Origin: Candidatus Latescibacterota bacterium
Lineage (GTDB): Bacteria > Latescibacterota > UBA2968 > GCA-2709665
Assembly (NCBI GenBank): GCA_965248435.1
Contig: OZ252100.1
Location: 1,184,001-1,248,000 of the forward strand
DNA: 64,000 nt
Reading direction: 5' to 3'
Positions 10,145 to 18,254 of this stretch are shown here, piece after piece. Position 1 is the stretch's first letter. Every line of letters begins with the position of its first letter. Both the position numbers and the translations under genes were made by a program. The notes under the pieces were generated by a model. It searched no databases. It was not told where the DNA came from and worked only from the letters and a program-made list of their open reading frames with translations.

Positions 10145-10993
10145 ATGCAACAGACACTATTCCAACGCGGACTGAGCCAGAGTAGAGGAGAAGCAGCCGA
10201 AGTAGAACTGGAAAAGAAGCAAGAGCAACAACCAGCAGTAAAGGACTCGAAAGGAACAGACGAGCAAACTAAAGCCTATTCAGATTTCATTGATGAATGC
10301 GAGGCAAATAACACTCCATTCAGAGCTGTGTTAATTGAGGCTATAGTGAATACAACCTTGAGCGGAACAACCAGAATTCTATCTACATCGATTTCGGAAT
10401 TGGCTATGTGGGGATGTGGTGGAGACTACCAGAGCGAAGATGAGATTCTTGGAGAGAAGCAGACAGTATGTAAGGACTGCTACTTTGAGGATGATGAGAT
10501 GTTCTTCACTACTCAAATCAGAGCAGAAAACATAAGGCTTTTCGTAACAGACCAAGCAAGAGTGTGTCTTGAGCAAAGGGGCATTGACATTGATGGTGTT
10601 ATAGAAAAATGGACAGCAATTCAAAACACACTACCGAGCGAAGAACAGATAAGAGACTTTGCAAGGTTTACTGAAATCAGAAATGCACTTCATTCATTAG
10701 GCTGTCACATTACATCATCCGAAGACATTGGAGTGAAGAAAGAAATAGACATCTTGAATCAAGCCATCAGAGCTAAACTTGGAATGCGAGAGAAATATGG
10801 CAATAAACTTGAGCAGTGTCCTCTTGGTTTTTCTGAGAATTCAATACAAGAACTGCTGGATAGAAAAGCTGAGATTGTTGCTAAAGGGAAAGAGCTGGAA
10901 AGGGAGGGCAACGTAATTGTCGAGAAATATAGACCTGGATGGTATGAAGATGGGTATTTCAATGATGTGAAGTCCCAATCAAGGTTGGACTAA
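10145..10993 (+). CDS. Hypothetical protein
   Basis: 282-aa ORF with GAGGTGG SD, operonic spacing. Confidence 0.75.
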   Translation: MQQTLFQRGLSQSRGEAAEVELEKKQEQQPAVKDSKGTDEQTKAYSDFIDECEANNTPFRAVLIEAIVNTTLSGTTRILSTSISELAMWGCGGDYQSEDEILGEKQTVCKDCYFEDDEMFFTTQIRAENIRLFVTDQARVCLEQRGIDIDGVIEKWTAIQNTLPSEEQIRDFARFTEIRNALHSLGCHITSSEDIGVKKEIDILNQAIRAKLGMREKYGNKLEQCPLGFSENSIQELLDRKAEIVAKGKELEREGNVIVEKYRPGWYEDGYFNDVKSQSRLD

Positions 10994-11099
10994 CATACCA
11001 ATACCCCCATTAACATTCATAAGCTTGAACTACGAAAAGGAGTAAAGAGGTGTATGAGAAATCACAACAAAGACAAAAGAACCAAGTGATGAGCAGATT

Positions 11100-11903
11100 T
11101 TGGATAGAACCAAGAGCGGCTGGCTACGTCCGTATCTCCTGGCTTTGGACGATATGTTCAGCAAACGCTGGAACTATTGGCTGAGAACTCTGGATGAAGG
11201 GAAAGTCTTGGAGGAGAGGATTCCGCAGATTGAATGGTTGGGGCAAGGAGAAAAGGAAACGAGGAAAAACCTACAGGATTGTTTGGACTATGTTCACCAC
11301 CAGCGTAGAGATGATACGTTCAGCCAATTTACAGACTGGTTGCTCTATGGATTTGGAGACTCTGCACAGAGAGAGTTTCCGAAGAAAGTTGATGATAATG
11401 TCAATGCCCATTGGTATAAGACATTTAATATGGGTCTGATGCTGAAGCATCCCTACGATTACCTTGGAGAAATCGCCGCAGAGCTCTATGGCAAAGGAAA
11501 ATGGAATTCAACTGGCTATTTCCCAACACCATTGGATGTGTGTGTTATGATGGCGAAGATGACAATGAATGGAGCAAGAGAGGAGATGAAGACAGCTTCT
11601 GTGTGCGACCCTTGTGTTGGCTCTGGCAGGATGTTGATGGTTGCTTCAAACTCCTCGCTAAATCTTTACGGGATGGACATTGACTACAACGTCCTAAAGG
11701 TCTGCAAGGTGAATATGTGGATGTATGTCCCCTGGGCTATTCACCGTCCTAAGATTGAGGGGTTGGAATCAGCAGTGGGGATTGGGGGAGGAGATAGTCT
11801 CGCTCCTTCTTACACAGAACCAATCCAGAAAGTAACGCCTGAAGTCCAGCAGCAGCTTTTGAGTCAAAGGGGAGAGAAGCAGACGGATTTGTTCGGTAGC
11901 TAA
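11100..11903 (+). CDS. N-6 DNA methylase-like SAM-binding protein
   Basis: GYFPTP, motif I CDPCVGSGRML and YGMDID present; no NPPY/F catalytic motif seen. An SD-linked ATG at 11054 is out of frame by one base. Confidence 0.75.
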   Translation: MDRTKSGWLRPYLLALDDMFSKRWNYWLRTLDEGKVLEERIPQIEWLGQGEKETRKNLQDCLDYVHHQRRDDTFSQFTDWLLYGFGDSAQREFPKKVDDNVNAHWYKTFNMGLMLKHPYDYLGEIAAELYGKGKWNSTGYFPTPLDVCVMMAKMTMNGAREEMKTASVCDPCVGSGRMLMVASNSSLNLYGMDIDYNVLKVCKVNMWMYVPWAIHRPKIEGLESAVGIGGGDSLAPSYTEPIQKVTPEVQQQLLSQRGEKQTDLFGS

Positions 11904-11912
11904 CTAAGGAAG

Positions 11913-12215
11913 CTAGCGGAAGAAACTCTCAACATCTTTTTTTCTTCTCTTTGCGAGAATCCTCTCAGCATACTTTTTTACTTTCTCTTTCGGATAATCC
12001 TTGTGCTCCTTGCAGAAAGAGAATTCTAACCCCTTTACAACCTCTTCTTTTGCACAACACTTAGGGCAAACCTGCCTCTCTTTGCCAGGTTCTTCGTTCC
12101 AACATCCTAAACACGGTTCCTGCCAGAATTCACCTACTATTGATTCGCTTTTGCAAGAAGAACATATCCTGAATTGAAGTCTGATTCCTTGATTCATCTG
12201 TATTTCTAACTTCAC
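11913..12215 (-). CDS. Cys-rich Zn-finger-like hypothetical protein
   Basis: CSSC, CLGC, CPKC and CKEH motifs in 100 aa. Confidence 0.55.
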   Translation of the reverse strand: MKLEIQMNQGIRLQFRICSSCKSESIVGEFWQEPCLGCWNEEPGKERQVCPKCCAKEEVVKGLEFSFCKEHKDYPKEKVKKYAERILAKRRKKDVESFFR

Positions 12216-12288
12216 AAGTAGTTATATGTCTTCCCCTCCAAGTAACCTCCAGCCTTAATGAATTCTATCTCACACCAGAAAGAGTGAG

Positions 12289-12304
12289 CCGAAAGGTTTA
12301 TATA
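12289..12304 (+). promoter_or_regulatory. Archaeal BRE-TATA promoter of the TA operon
   Basis: CCGAAAGG-TTTATATA; conserved as CCGAAAGC-TTTAAATA in the paralogous copy at 53531-53546 (minus strand). Confidence 0.75.
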
Positions 12305-12340
12305 CTCCGAATGCTTCATTCCTGAATGGGGTAATGTAGA

Positions 12341-12586
12341 ATGCTAACAAAAATGACAAAGGGAAGGCAGGTCTCAATCCCTGCCGAGCTTCGGAAGAAA
12401 TTGGAAATCGAAGATGGCACTCTCTTGGTGTGGGATGTAAATGCGAAAAAGGATGCATTGATACTGAAGCCTGTGAAGACTGGAACTCTCTCGGAACTGT
12501 TCAAAGAAGCGGATGGTATCAAGAACAAGACTAAGAAATCGGTCAAGGGAATTCTGAAGGAATATGATGAACAAATGCTTCATTGA
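12341..12586 (+). CDS. AbrB/MazE/SpoVT-family antitoxin (VapB-like)
   Basis: TKGRQVSIPAELRKKLEIEDG signature; overlaps the PIN gene. Confidence 0.9.
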   Translation: MLTKMTKGRQVSIPAELRKKLEIEDGTLLVWDVNAKKDALILKPVKTGTLSELFKEADGIKNKTKKSVKGILKEYDEQMLH

Positions 12587-12971
12587 CGCTGACGTGCTGA
12601 TAACAGCGATCGTCGGGAAAGGAGAGAAGGCGAAAAGGTCAAGATCCTTACTTAGAAAGATTGAGAAAGGTGAGCAAAGTTTCTTAACAGACGCTCTCGT
12701 CTTGAGCGAAGTTTGGTATGGAATTGAACGACAGAAAGGAAGAGACTTCGCTGCGAAAGTGATCAAGGATTTCTTGAGCTTTGGCGAGCTGGAGGTAATT
12801 CCAGTTGACAGGAATGTTCTGTTTGAAGCGCTCAGACGAGCTGAAAAGAAAAGAAAACTGGTCGGCAATGATCTGATTCATTTGACTATTGCTCTTCTGG
12901 AAGGTGCTTCTGGAATTTACTCTTATGATAAAGACTTCGATGGATTAGAGGTGAAGAGAATTGAGCCGTAG
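12564..12971 (+). CDS. vapC: PIN-domain VapC-family toxin
   Basis: FIDADVL, VLSEV, NDLIH and YSYDKDFD acidic PIN motifs. Confidence 0.9.
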   Translation: MMNKCFIDADVLITAIVGKGEKAKRSRSLLRKIEKGEQSFLTDALVLSEVWYGIERQKGRDFAAKVIKDFLSFGELEVIPVDRNVLFEALRRAEKKRKLVGNDLIHLTIALLEGASGIYSYDKDFDGLEVKRIEP

Positions 12972-13100
12972 GAAGAGATTGAGTAAGCTGTTTGGTCTAT
13001 GCCCGAAACTAGAGCCAGGGCAGAAAGTAAAAGACAGACTGAGGAATAGGGAATTTCAGGACTTAGGAAATGTGGAGTTTGTCAAGGGGTAGAAAGTCTA

Positions 13101-13238
13101 ATGGCAAATGTTGGGAAAGTGCGGAAAAGAAGAACTGACAAGGATATTGAAATAGATATGGACTTGCACTTTGACCACTTGGATCGAGGGAGAAAAGAGA
13201 ATTGTCCTTGTGGTGTGTGCAGGGCAAAGGAAGAGTAA
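13101..13238 (+). CDS. 45-aa peptide with CPCGVC motif
   Basis: MANVGKVRKRRTDKDIEIDMDLHFDHLDRGRKENCPCGVCRAKEE, preceded by AAGGGGT; below the ORF-track cutoff. Confidence 0.4.
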   Translation: MANVGKVRKRRTDKDIEIDMDLHFDHLDRGRKENCPCGVCRAKEE

Positions 13239-13475
13239 TGAATTCTAAGTTGATTTAGATTTGGCAGAAGCCCTTCCCTTGAATAGAGTATCCGGCTCAA
13301 GCTTGCATTCCAACTTAAGCCAGTCCCTTTACTCAGGCAGATGAGGTAAAGGCTTAAGAGAATGCCAGCGTTGCGAGCACGGGAGATAGGCAACTGGGTT
13401 GCGGTAGGGAAGATTTCTGCGAATGTATGGATTGAAGACTCCACTCCTTGGTCTTGAAAGGCAGAAACCAGGGAG

Positions 13476-13718
13476 GTGGTTGAGATGAATGAATTAACAG
13501 CACAGCAAGAGGATTACTTGCTGGAGTCTGGAATGGAAAAGTTTAGAGAATGGAAGGAACGTCTCGATAGAGAAGATGAGGAAGACAGCGATGACGGATT
13601 TGAGTTTGATAACTCGAAAGCGATGGAGATAGCTCAGGAGGTGCTGAAGGCACGTAGAAGGAAGAAGGAGAATGAAGAGTTGGCGAGGCAGATGTTAGAG
13701 AAGGAACGAATAGCTTAG
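13476..13718 (+). CDS. Small charged hypothetical protein
   Basis: GGAGGTGG SD; the likely start is the ATG a few codons in (MNELTAQQEDYLLE). Confidence 0.65.
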   Translation: MVEMNELTAQQEDYLLESGMEKFREWKERLDREDEEDSDDGFEFDNSKAMEIAQEVLKARRRKKENEELARQMLEKERIA

Positions 13719-14247
13719 TTCCTTGTTTTTTTTCTATTCGAAAAAGAGGGCATCCAAGGTTGGATAGAGGGATGTTGGATACAGAATGATGGGAGAGGTT
13801 TAACCCTAATGGGCATTGGGGGATGAAACTCGTTTCATCCCAGGGAAGAAGCCGGAGGGTTTGATGAGGGGAATGATAGCCTTCGGTATGCTCAGGTTTT
13901 TGGGGGTGCTAATGGTGTGTAAAAAAGGAAAGTTGAAGGTGGGAAGGGAGATGATGAGGATAGGAAAGAATGGATGGGAATGGAGGGAGTAGGACCCCTG
14001 GCGGGGGAATGGATGGGCCCCCTTCGGGGGGAGGGAAAAGGAGGATGGAATGGAGGCGGGAGAATGAGGGAAAAGGTTTAGTTATAGAGATGAGGGAAGA
14101 GAAACAACGCCTATAACTATAACAAATAAAACAAATCTAACTGATTGTAGTTCAACCACATATACGCGAATTCAATTTAGCGGTATTTTTCCCCCTAAAC
14201 AAATACCTGCCATACTATTTAAGGCTCCCAGATGCTAAATATGCAAA

Positions 14248-14607
14248 ATGGTGAGGAAGGAAATACCGAGGCTGTATGACACTGAGAATATTCCTGTTGA
14301 AGAGAAAGTAATATTCGAACACTACTTCCTGCCAGGCACAGCTTGGGAGTGGTATATAGCTGAGTTAGATGATACAGGCAGGACCGCTTTTGGCTATGTG
14401 TGTTCTGGCCTAGATCCCAATTTTTCTGAGTGGGGCTATATTGATATGAAGGAGCTGAGAGAAGTCAAAGCCAGAATTGATGTAAGGCAAGCCAGATCTG
14501 GTACTAGTGTTGGAAGTTTTGAACAGGCTGTGGAAAAGGATATAGAGTGGTTTCCAAAGAAAGTTAAGGAGGTTGACAGCTTAATCCAGAGATTAGGACT
14601 TGGGTAA
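14248..14607 (+). CDS. DUF2958-family protein
   Basis: IPRLYDTE...YFLPGTAWEWYIAELD...AFGYV...EWGYIDMKEL pattern; TATTTAAG box 32 nt upstream. Confidence 0.8.
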   Translation: MVRKEIPRLYDTENIPVEEKVIFEHYFLPGTAWEWYIAELDDTGRTAFGYVCSGLDPNFSEWGYIDMKELREVKARIDVRQARSGTSVGSFEQAVEKDIEWFPKKVKEVDSLIQRLGLG

Positions 14608-14635
14608 AAAGAGAATCTTAATTTCTAGTTCCTTA

Positions 14636-15166
14636 TCAAAGCATCCCGGTTTCTTTAAAACTTAACAAACTACTAGGGGGAGAGAAGATCAAATGGTCTA
14701 GCAAACTAATCCCAACAATTTCTCCTGCTTCCTCCAATCTCTTTGTTAACCCAATATCCTCCTGGCTAGGAGTAGAATCTCCAGATGGATGATTGTGGCT
14801 ACAGATAATAGCAGCAGCACTAAGGAGGATGGCGGGTTTGAAAACTTCTCTTGGATGCACAAGAGAGGCGTTCAAAGAGCCAACCGAAACTAAGTCTATT
14901 CCCATAAGTTGATTACGGGCATTAAGAATCAGAGAGTAGAAATATTCCTTCTCTGATCCATTATAGAGATGGTTGAGGATAGATAAACTATCAGACGGAT
15001 TGCAGATGCTTACTCTCGGCTTATAGGCCTGCTCCCGCACAACCTTTACCCCCAAACCTCTAAAGTCATACAAACTCTCATAATGCCTTCCTCTGAAGAC
15101 TGGAACTTTGATCGAGCTGCTAGGGGAGGGGAAGAGCTCTAGCTGCTCTCCCTTTCTATAGCTCAT
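14636..15166 (-). CDS. radC: RadC-like JAB-domain protein
   Basis: EKEYF...GSLNASLVHPREVFK...HNHPSGDSTPSQED...LLDHLI. Confidence 0.95.
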   Translation of the reverse strand: MSYRKGEQLELFPSPSSSIKVPVFRGRHYESLYDFRGLGVKVVREQAYKPRVSICNPSDSLSILNHLYNGSEKEYFYSLILNARNQLMGIDLVSVGSLNASLVHPREVFKPAILLSAAAIICSHNHPSGDSTPSQEDIGLTKRLEEAGEIVGISLLDHLIFSPPSSLLSFKETGML

Positions 15167-15564
15167 TCCTCACCCAATACTTTTTGAGTTTCAAGCTTCT
15201 CTAGAGACAATCCTTCTCCAATTTGCTTGATTTCATCTACTGAGAAATACCGATAGGTCTTTCCGTTCTTGCTGAAAGTCCGAAAGTTAGCCTTGATCCT
15301 GCATACCCCTTCTTCCGAAACTCTGTGGCTCAAGTCAAGAATCACTGGGTCTAACTCATCAACTTTTACACTCTGCTTGTTTGTCAACACCACTTTCTTC
15401 CCGCCAATTTCCTGAGTAATCTCTCTTTGCGTAAATGGTCTATGCACGATACTCCCATAGTTTGTCTCAAACACAACTCTGGTAGCTCTCCACACTCTAT
15501 TTATCCTGTCATGAAATCTCTCCACTGAAACTTTATGGATATCAATTAGTTTTTTCTCGCTCAT
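15163..15564 (-). CDS. Hypothetical protein
   Basis: GGAGGTGAG SD before ATG 15564; 4-nt overlap with radC. Confidence 0.7.
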   Translation of the reverse strand: MSEKKLIDIHKVSVERFHDRINRVWRATRVVFETNYGSIVHRPFTQREITQEIGGKKVVLTNKQSVKVDELDPVILDLSHRVSEEGVCRIKANFRTFSKNGKTYRYFSVDEIKQIGEGLSLEKLETQKVLGEE

Positions 15565-15997
15565 TCTTCTCACCTCCCTTTTCCCTTGGTTTCCCATCTA
15601 GGTAAATCCTAACAATGGGTGCGTCATTCTCGTCCTGCTCACGATAGCAGTAGAGTTCTTGGCTTCTCTTTAGATTGGCCTGAAGAGCGATTGACTTCAA
15701 AATCCTCATCCTATGCACGCCTCTTGCTATATCCACACTCGGTGCCCAGGAAGTTGCGTTGATCCACTTTCTGCTCACCTTCCGTGGCTCTCCACTTAGG
15801 TAGACCGCGATAGTCGGTCTCTTGCCTTTGTATTCGTAGTAGTTGTGCATAATCCTGCCCTGCTCCAGACATAAGCCTCTGGCTAGCTCATTCGGAAAAG
15901 TCCAACGATACGTCACCCCTTTGTTCACTTGACAAGATGTCACCCAGGAAAATCGCTCTGGATGCGCATCAAGTATTTTTTGTCTCATAGCTTCCAC
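15542..15997 (-). CDS. Hypothetical protein
   Basis: 151-aa ORF with GGGGGTGG SD; overlaps the next gene. Confidence 0.65.
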   Translation of the reverse strand: MEAMRQKILDAHPERFSWVTSCQVNKGVTYRWTFPNELARGLCLEQGRIMHNYYEYKGKRPTIAVYLSGEPRKVSRKWINATSWAPSVDIARGVHRMRILKSIALQANLKRSQELYCYREQDENDAPIVRIYLDGKPREKGGEKNEREKTN

Positions 15998-16271
15998 CCC
16001 CTAATTTCAGCTCAGTCACAAACGAGATTCCAGAACTCCCCATAAGACGCTAACGCTTTTTAATCGCTGCGGCTATGTGGCGGGTTTGTCGGGTGAAATT
16101 GGTTTCACATTCCAACCAAATCCTAACATCCAACTTCGCTTTGGAGATTGTTTGTTCTTTTAGGTAAATGGGCAACAGAACTTATGAGTCTTCACACCAG
16201 AACAGGTGTCAGTCTGATTCTCACGTATTCCTTCACGAACACTCTTAAACTGAAGACCTCTCTCTTGAGCT

Positions 16272-16421
16272 ATGACAGAAAGAAAATCATTGGAACGGAG
16301 AAACCACGCGCTCTTGAAGGACTTGAACGCTAAGGTGGATTATCTGATTGAGAGTAGAAGGGAGTATGTCTTTGGCAGGAGATTCAGCGGAGAGTATGAG
16401 CCTGAAGGTCGGGTAGGATGA
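16272..16421 (+). CDS. 49-aa hypothetical protein
   Basis: MTERKSLERRNHALLKDLNAKVDYLIE...; ATGA overlap with the next ORF. Confidence 0.4.
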   Translation: MTERKSLERRNHALLKDLNAKVDYLIESRREYVFGRRFSGEYEPEGRVG

Positions 16422-16543
16422 GCAGTCCAGATATTGAATCTGCAAGAAGTGAAATTCTTGCTATCCGGAGCAGACTCCTGGCTCGGGTTCAGAAGCTGTG
16501 CAAGGAAGCTGAAGGTGAGCTCGAAACTCTCTTGAAGAAGTGA
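16418..16543 (+). CDS. 41-aa helical hypothetical protein
   Basis: MSSPDIESARSEILAIRSRLLARVQKLCKEAEGELETLLKK; translationally coupled to the previous ORF. Confidence 0.4.
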   Translation: MSSPDIESARSEILAIRSRLLARVQKLCKEAEGELETLLKK

Positions 16544-16629
16544 GAGTATGGAATTTCACATCTATATTCTCTACTACAGAAATGTTTATATCCTTCGAGT
16601 GATTAGTGCAGGTAGACAGAATGAATGGA

Positions 16630-16885
16630 GTGAGGGATTTAGAATTCTTCAAGTGTGCCCGGCTAGGGCGTTCTGCTCCTATTCCAAATCCTCAATAAGT
16701 TAAGAGGGAATGGGATTAGGTGTGATCTGCTCGGCCAGAGCGTTCTCTTTGAATTCTAAATCCCCCCCACGTCTCAGACCTTTGTATTTGGCAAGTAGGG
16801 GTCAATCTGGGTGGGAACCCGTGTAGGAGTCACTCGCCCTAGCTGGGCGTATAAGCCCCTGGACTGAATCCCTCCCTACTGCTAA
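16630..16885 (+). ncRNA. Candidate structured RNA or recombination site upstream of the integrase
   Basis: Interleaved inverted repeats at 16634-16647/16751-16764, 16657-16670/16835-16848 and about 16791-16800/16874-16882. Confidence 0.4.
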
Positions 16886-16929
16886 AAAGGACAGAACCAT
16901 TTGGTATCAAAGGAGGTGCTATGTAAGAA

Positions 16930-18195
16930 ATGGCAGAAAACGACATCTACAACAACCAAGGGAAATATGAGCGCTACAAAAAGAACTTGGAGAGTTTCCT
17001 TTTGCCGCCAGAGCAAAGGCCGAGGAGGGAGTCTTGGACATCAAGATATTACTGTAAGAATCCCGACAATTTGAAACACTTCAGAAGGCTTTTCATCGTC
17101 GTAGAGGCCCAGGATATAAGCTATATCAGGAGATGCAGGTTAATTGAAATCCTGAGAGTCATTACTTACTATGCAGAGAAAGAGCTAAGTCTGTTGGATC
17201 GAGAGGATGTGGATGTGATTATCGCTGGGATGCACAAGACACACAAATCCCCTGAGTCAAAGAAGTTCTTCATCCGAGTGATTAAATGGCTCTGGAGGAA
17301 GCTGTTTCCTGAGTTAGACGAAAGAGGAAGGATAGATGAGACAATCACGCCTTATGCGGTTCGACATCTCAAGGCAGAGATAGATCGAAGCAAACTGACA
17401 ACCACGAAAGACAGACTCTATTGGACTGAGTATGTTGCATATTTGAGGGGACTAACGAATGACCCGATGATGCAATGTTACCTGGGAATGCACTTTGAGT
17501 GTTATGGCAGACCTCAAGAACTCTGTTATCTCAAACGTTCAAACTTTCAGATTTTTGATGATTATGCCATTGGAGATGTGAGAGAGCACGGAAAGGAAGG
17601 GCCAAGGCGTCTCCTGATTATCGACTCCTTTCCCTACTTCATCCGCTGGTATAATCTCCATCCTTCTAAAGACACAGATGCCTACTTCTTTCTCAACGAA
17701 CACGGGAAGCAGTTCACGCCTGGAGCTGCGAATAAGAGAATTCGGAGCGTGACCAAGCTTCTTGGCTTGAAAAAGCACATCACCAACTACACTTTCAAGC
17801 GCAGTGGTGTAACCATTTCGGCGGAGCAGGGAGAACCTTCAGTATTGACACAGCATAAGGCTGGATGGACCTCTGACAAGCAGCGTAAGACCTACATACT
17901 TACCAGTCAATCAGATGCTTTCAACACAGAGCTTGCCAGGCGCGACCTTCTGAAAGACTCAAACTACAAGCCCTACTCCCCCAAAAACAGAACTTGCCAA
18001 TTCTGTGATACATTGAATGGATTTGCCGAGGAGGTTTGTGTAACCTGCAAGAGGCCATTGGATAGGACGAAAGTAAAGGAGCAGATTAGGAAGCAGAAGG
18101 AAGAGGCTGTGGCGGAACATCTCAAAAGCCCTGAAATGGAATGGCTGATGAAGACTGTGAAGAAATTTGATGTGGCCTTAGCCCAGAAGAAGTGA
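16930..18195 (+). CDS. Tyrosine recombinase/integrase with C-terminal Zn ribbon, archaeal (DPANN-like) type
   Basis: GRPQEL (Arg I), HGKEG, YTFKRSG, HKAGW, KTY catalytic Tyr, and CQFC...CVTC. The MAENDIYNN N-terminus resembles Woesearchaeota-type integrases as I recall them. Confidence 0.9.
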   Translation: MAENDIYNNQGKYERYKKNLESFLLPPEQRPRRESWTSRYYCKNPDNLKHFRRLFIVVEAQDISYIRRCRLIEILRVITYYAEKELSLLDREDVDVIIAGMHKTHKSPESKKFFIRVIKWLWRKLFPELDERGRIDETITPYAVRHLKAEIDRSKLTTTKDRLYWTEYVAYLRGLTNDPMMQCYLGMHFECYGRPQELCYLKRSNFQIFDDYAIGDVREHGKEGPRRLLIIDSFPYFIRWYNLHPSKDTDAYFFLNEHGKQFTPGAANKRIRSVTKLLGLKKHITNYTFKRSGVTISAEQGEPSVLTQHKAGWTSDKQRKTYILTSQSDAFNTELARRDLLKDSNYKPYSPKNRTCQFCDTLNGFAEEVCVTCKRPLDRTKVKEQIRKQKEEAVAEHLKSPEMEWLMKTVKKFDVALAQKK

Positions 18196-18254
18196 CCTTC
18201 CTGCATTACCTCCCGCCATAGAATTCTTAGTATCCCATCTGCTCCAAAGTAGGG

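Noticed and set aside
13082-13444. 120-aa minus-strand ORF
   Set aside because: No motif or SD, and it runs against the plus-strand gene flow.
16630-16900. RNase P or SRP RNA
   Set aside because: Lacks the GAGGAAAGTCC RNase P core and the SRP helix-8 motif; kept only as an unknown structured element.
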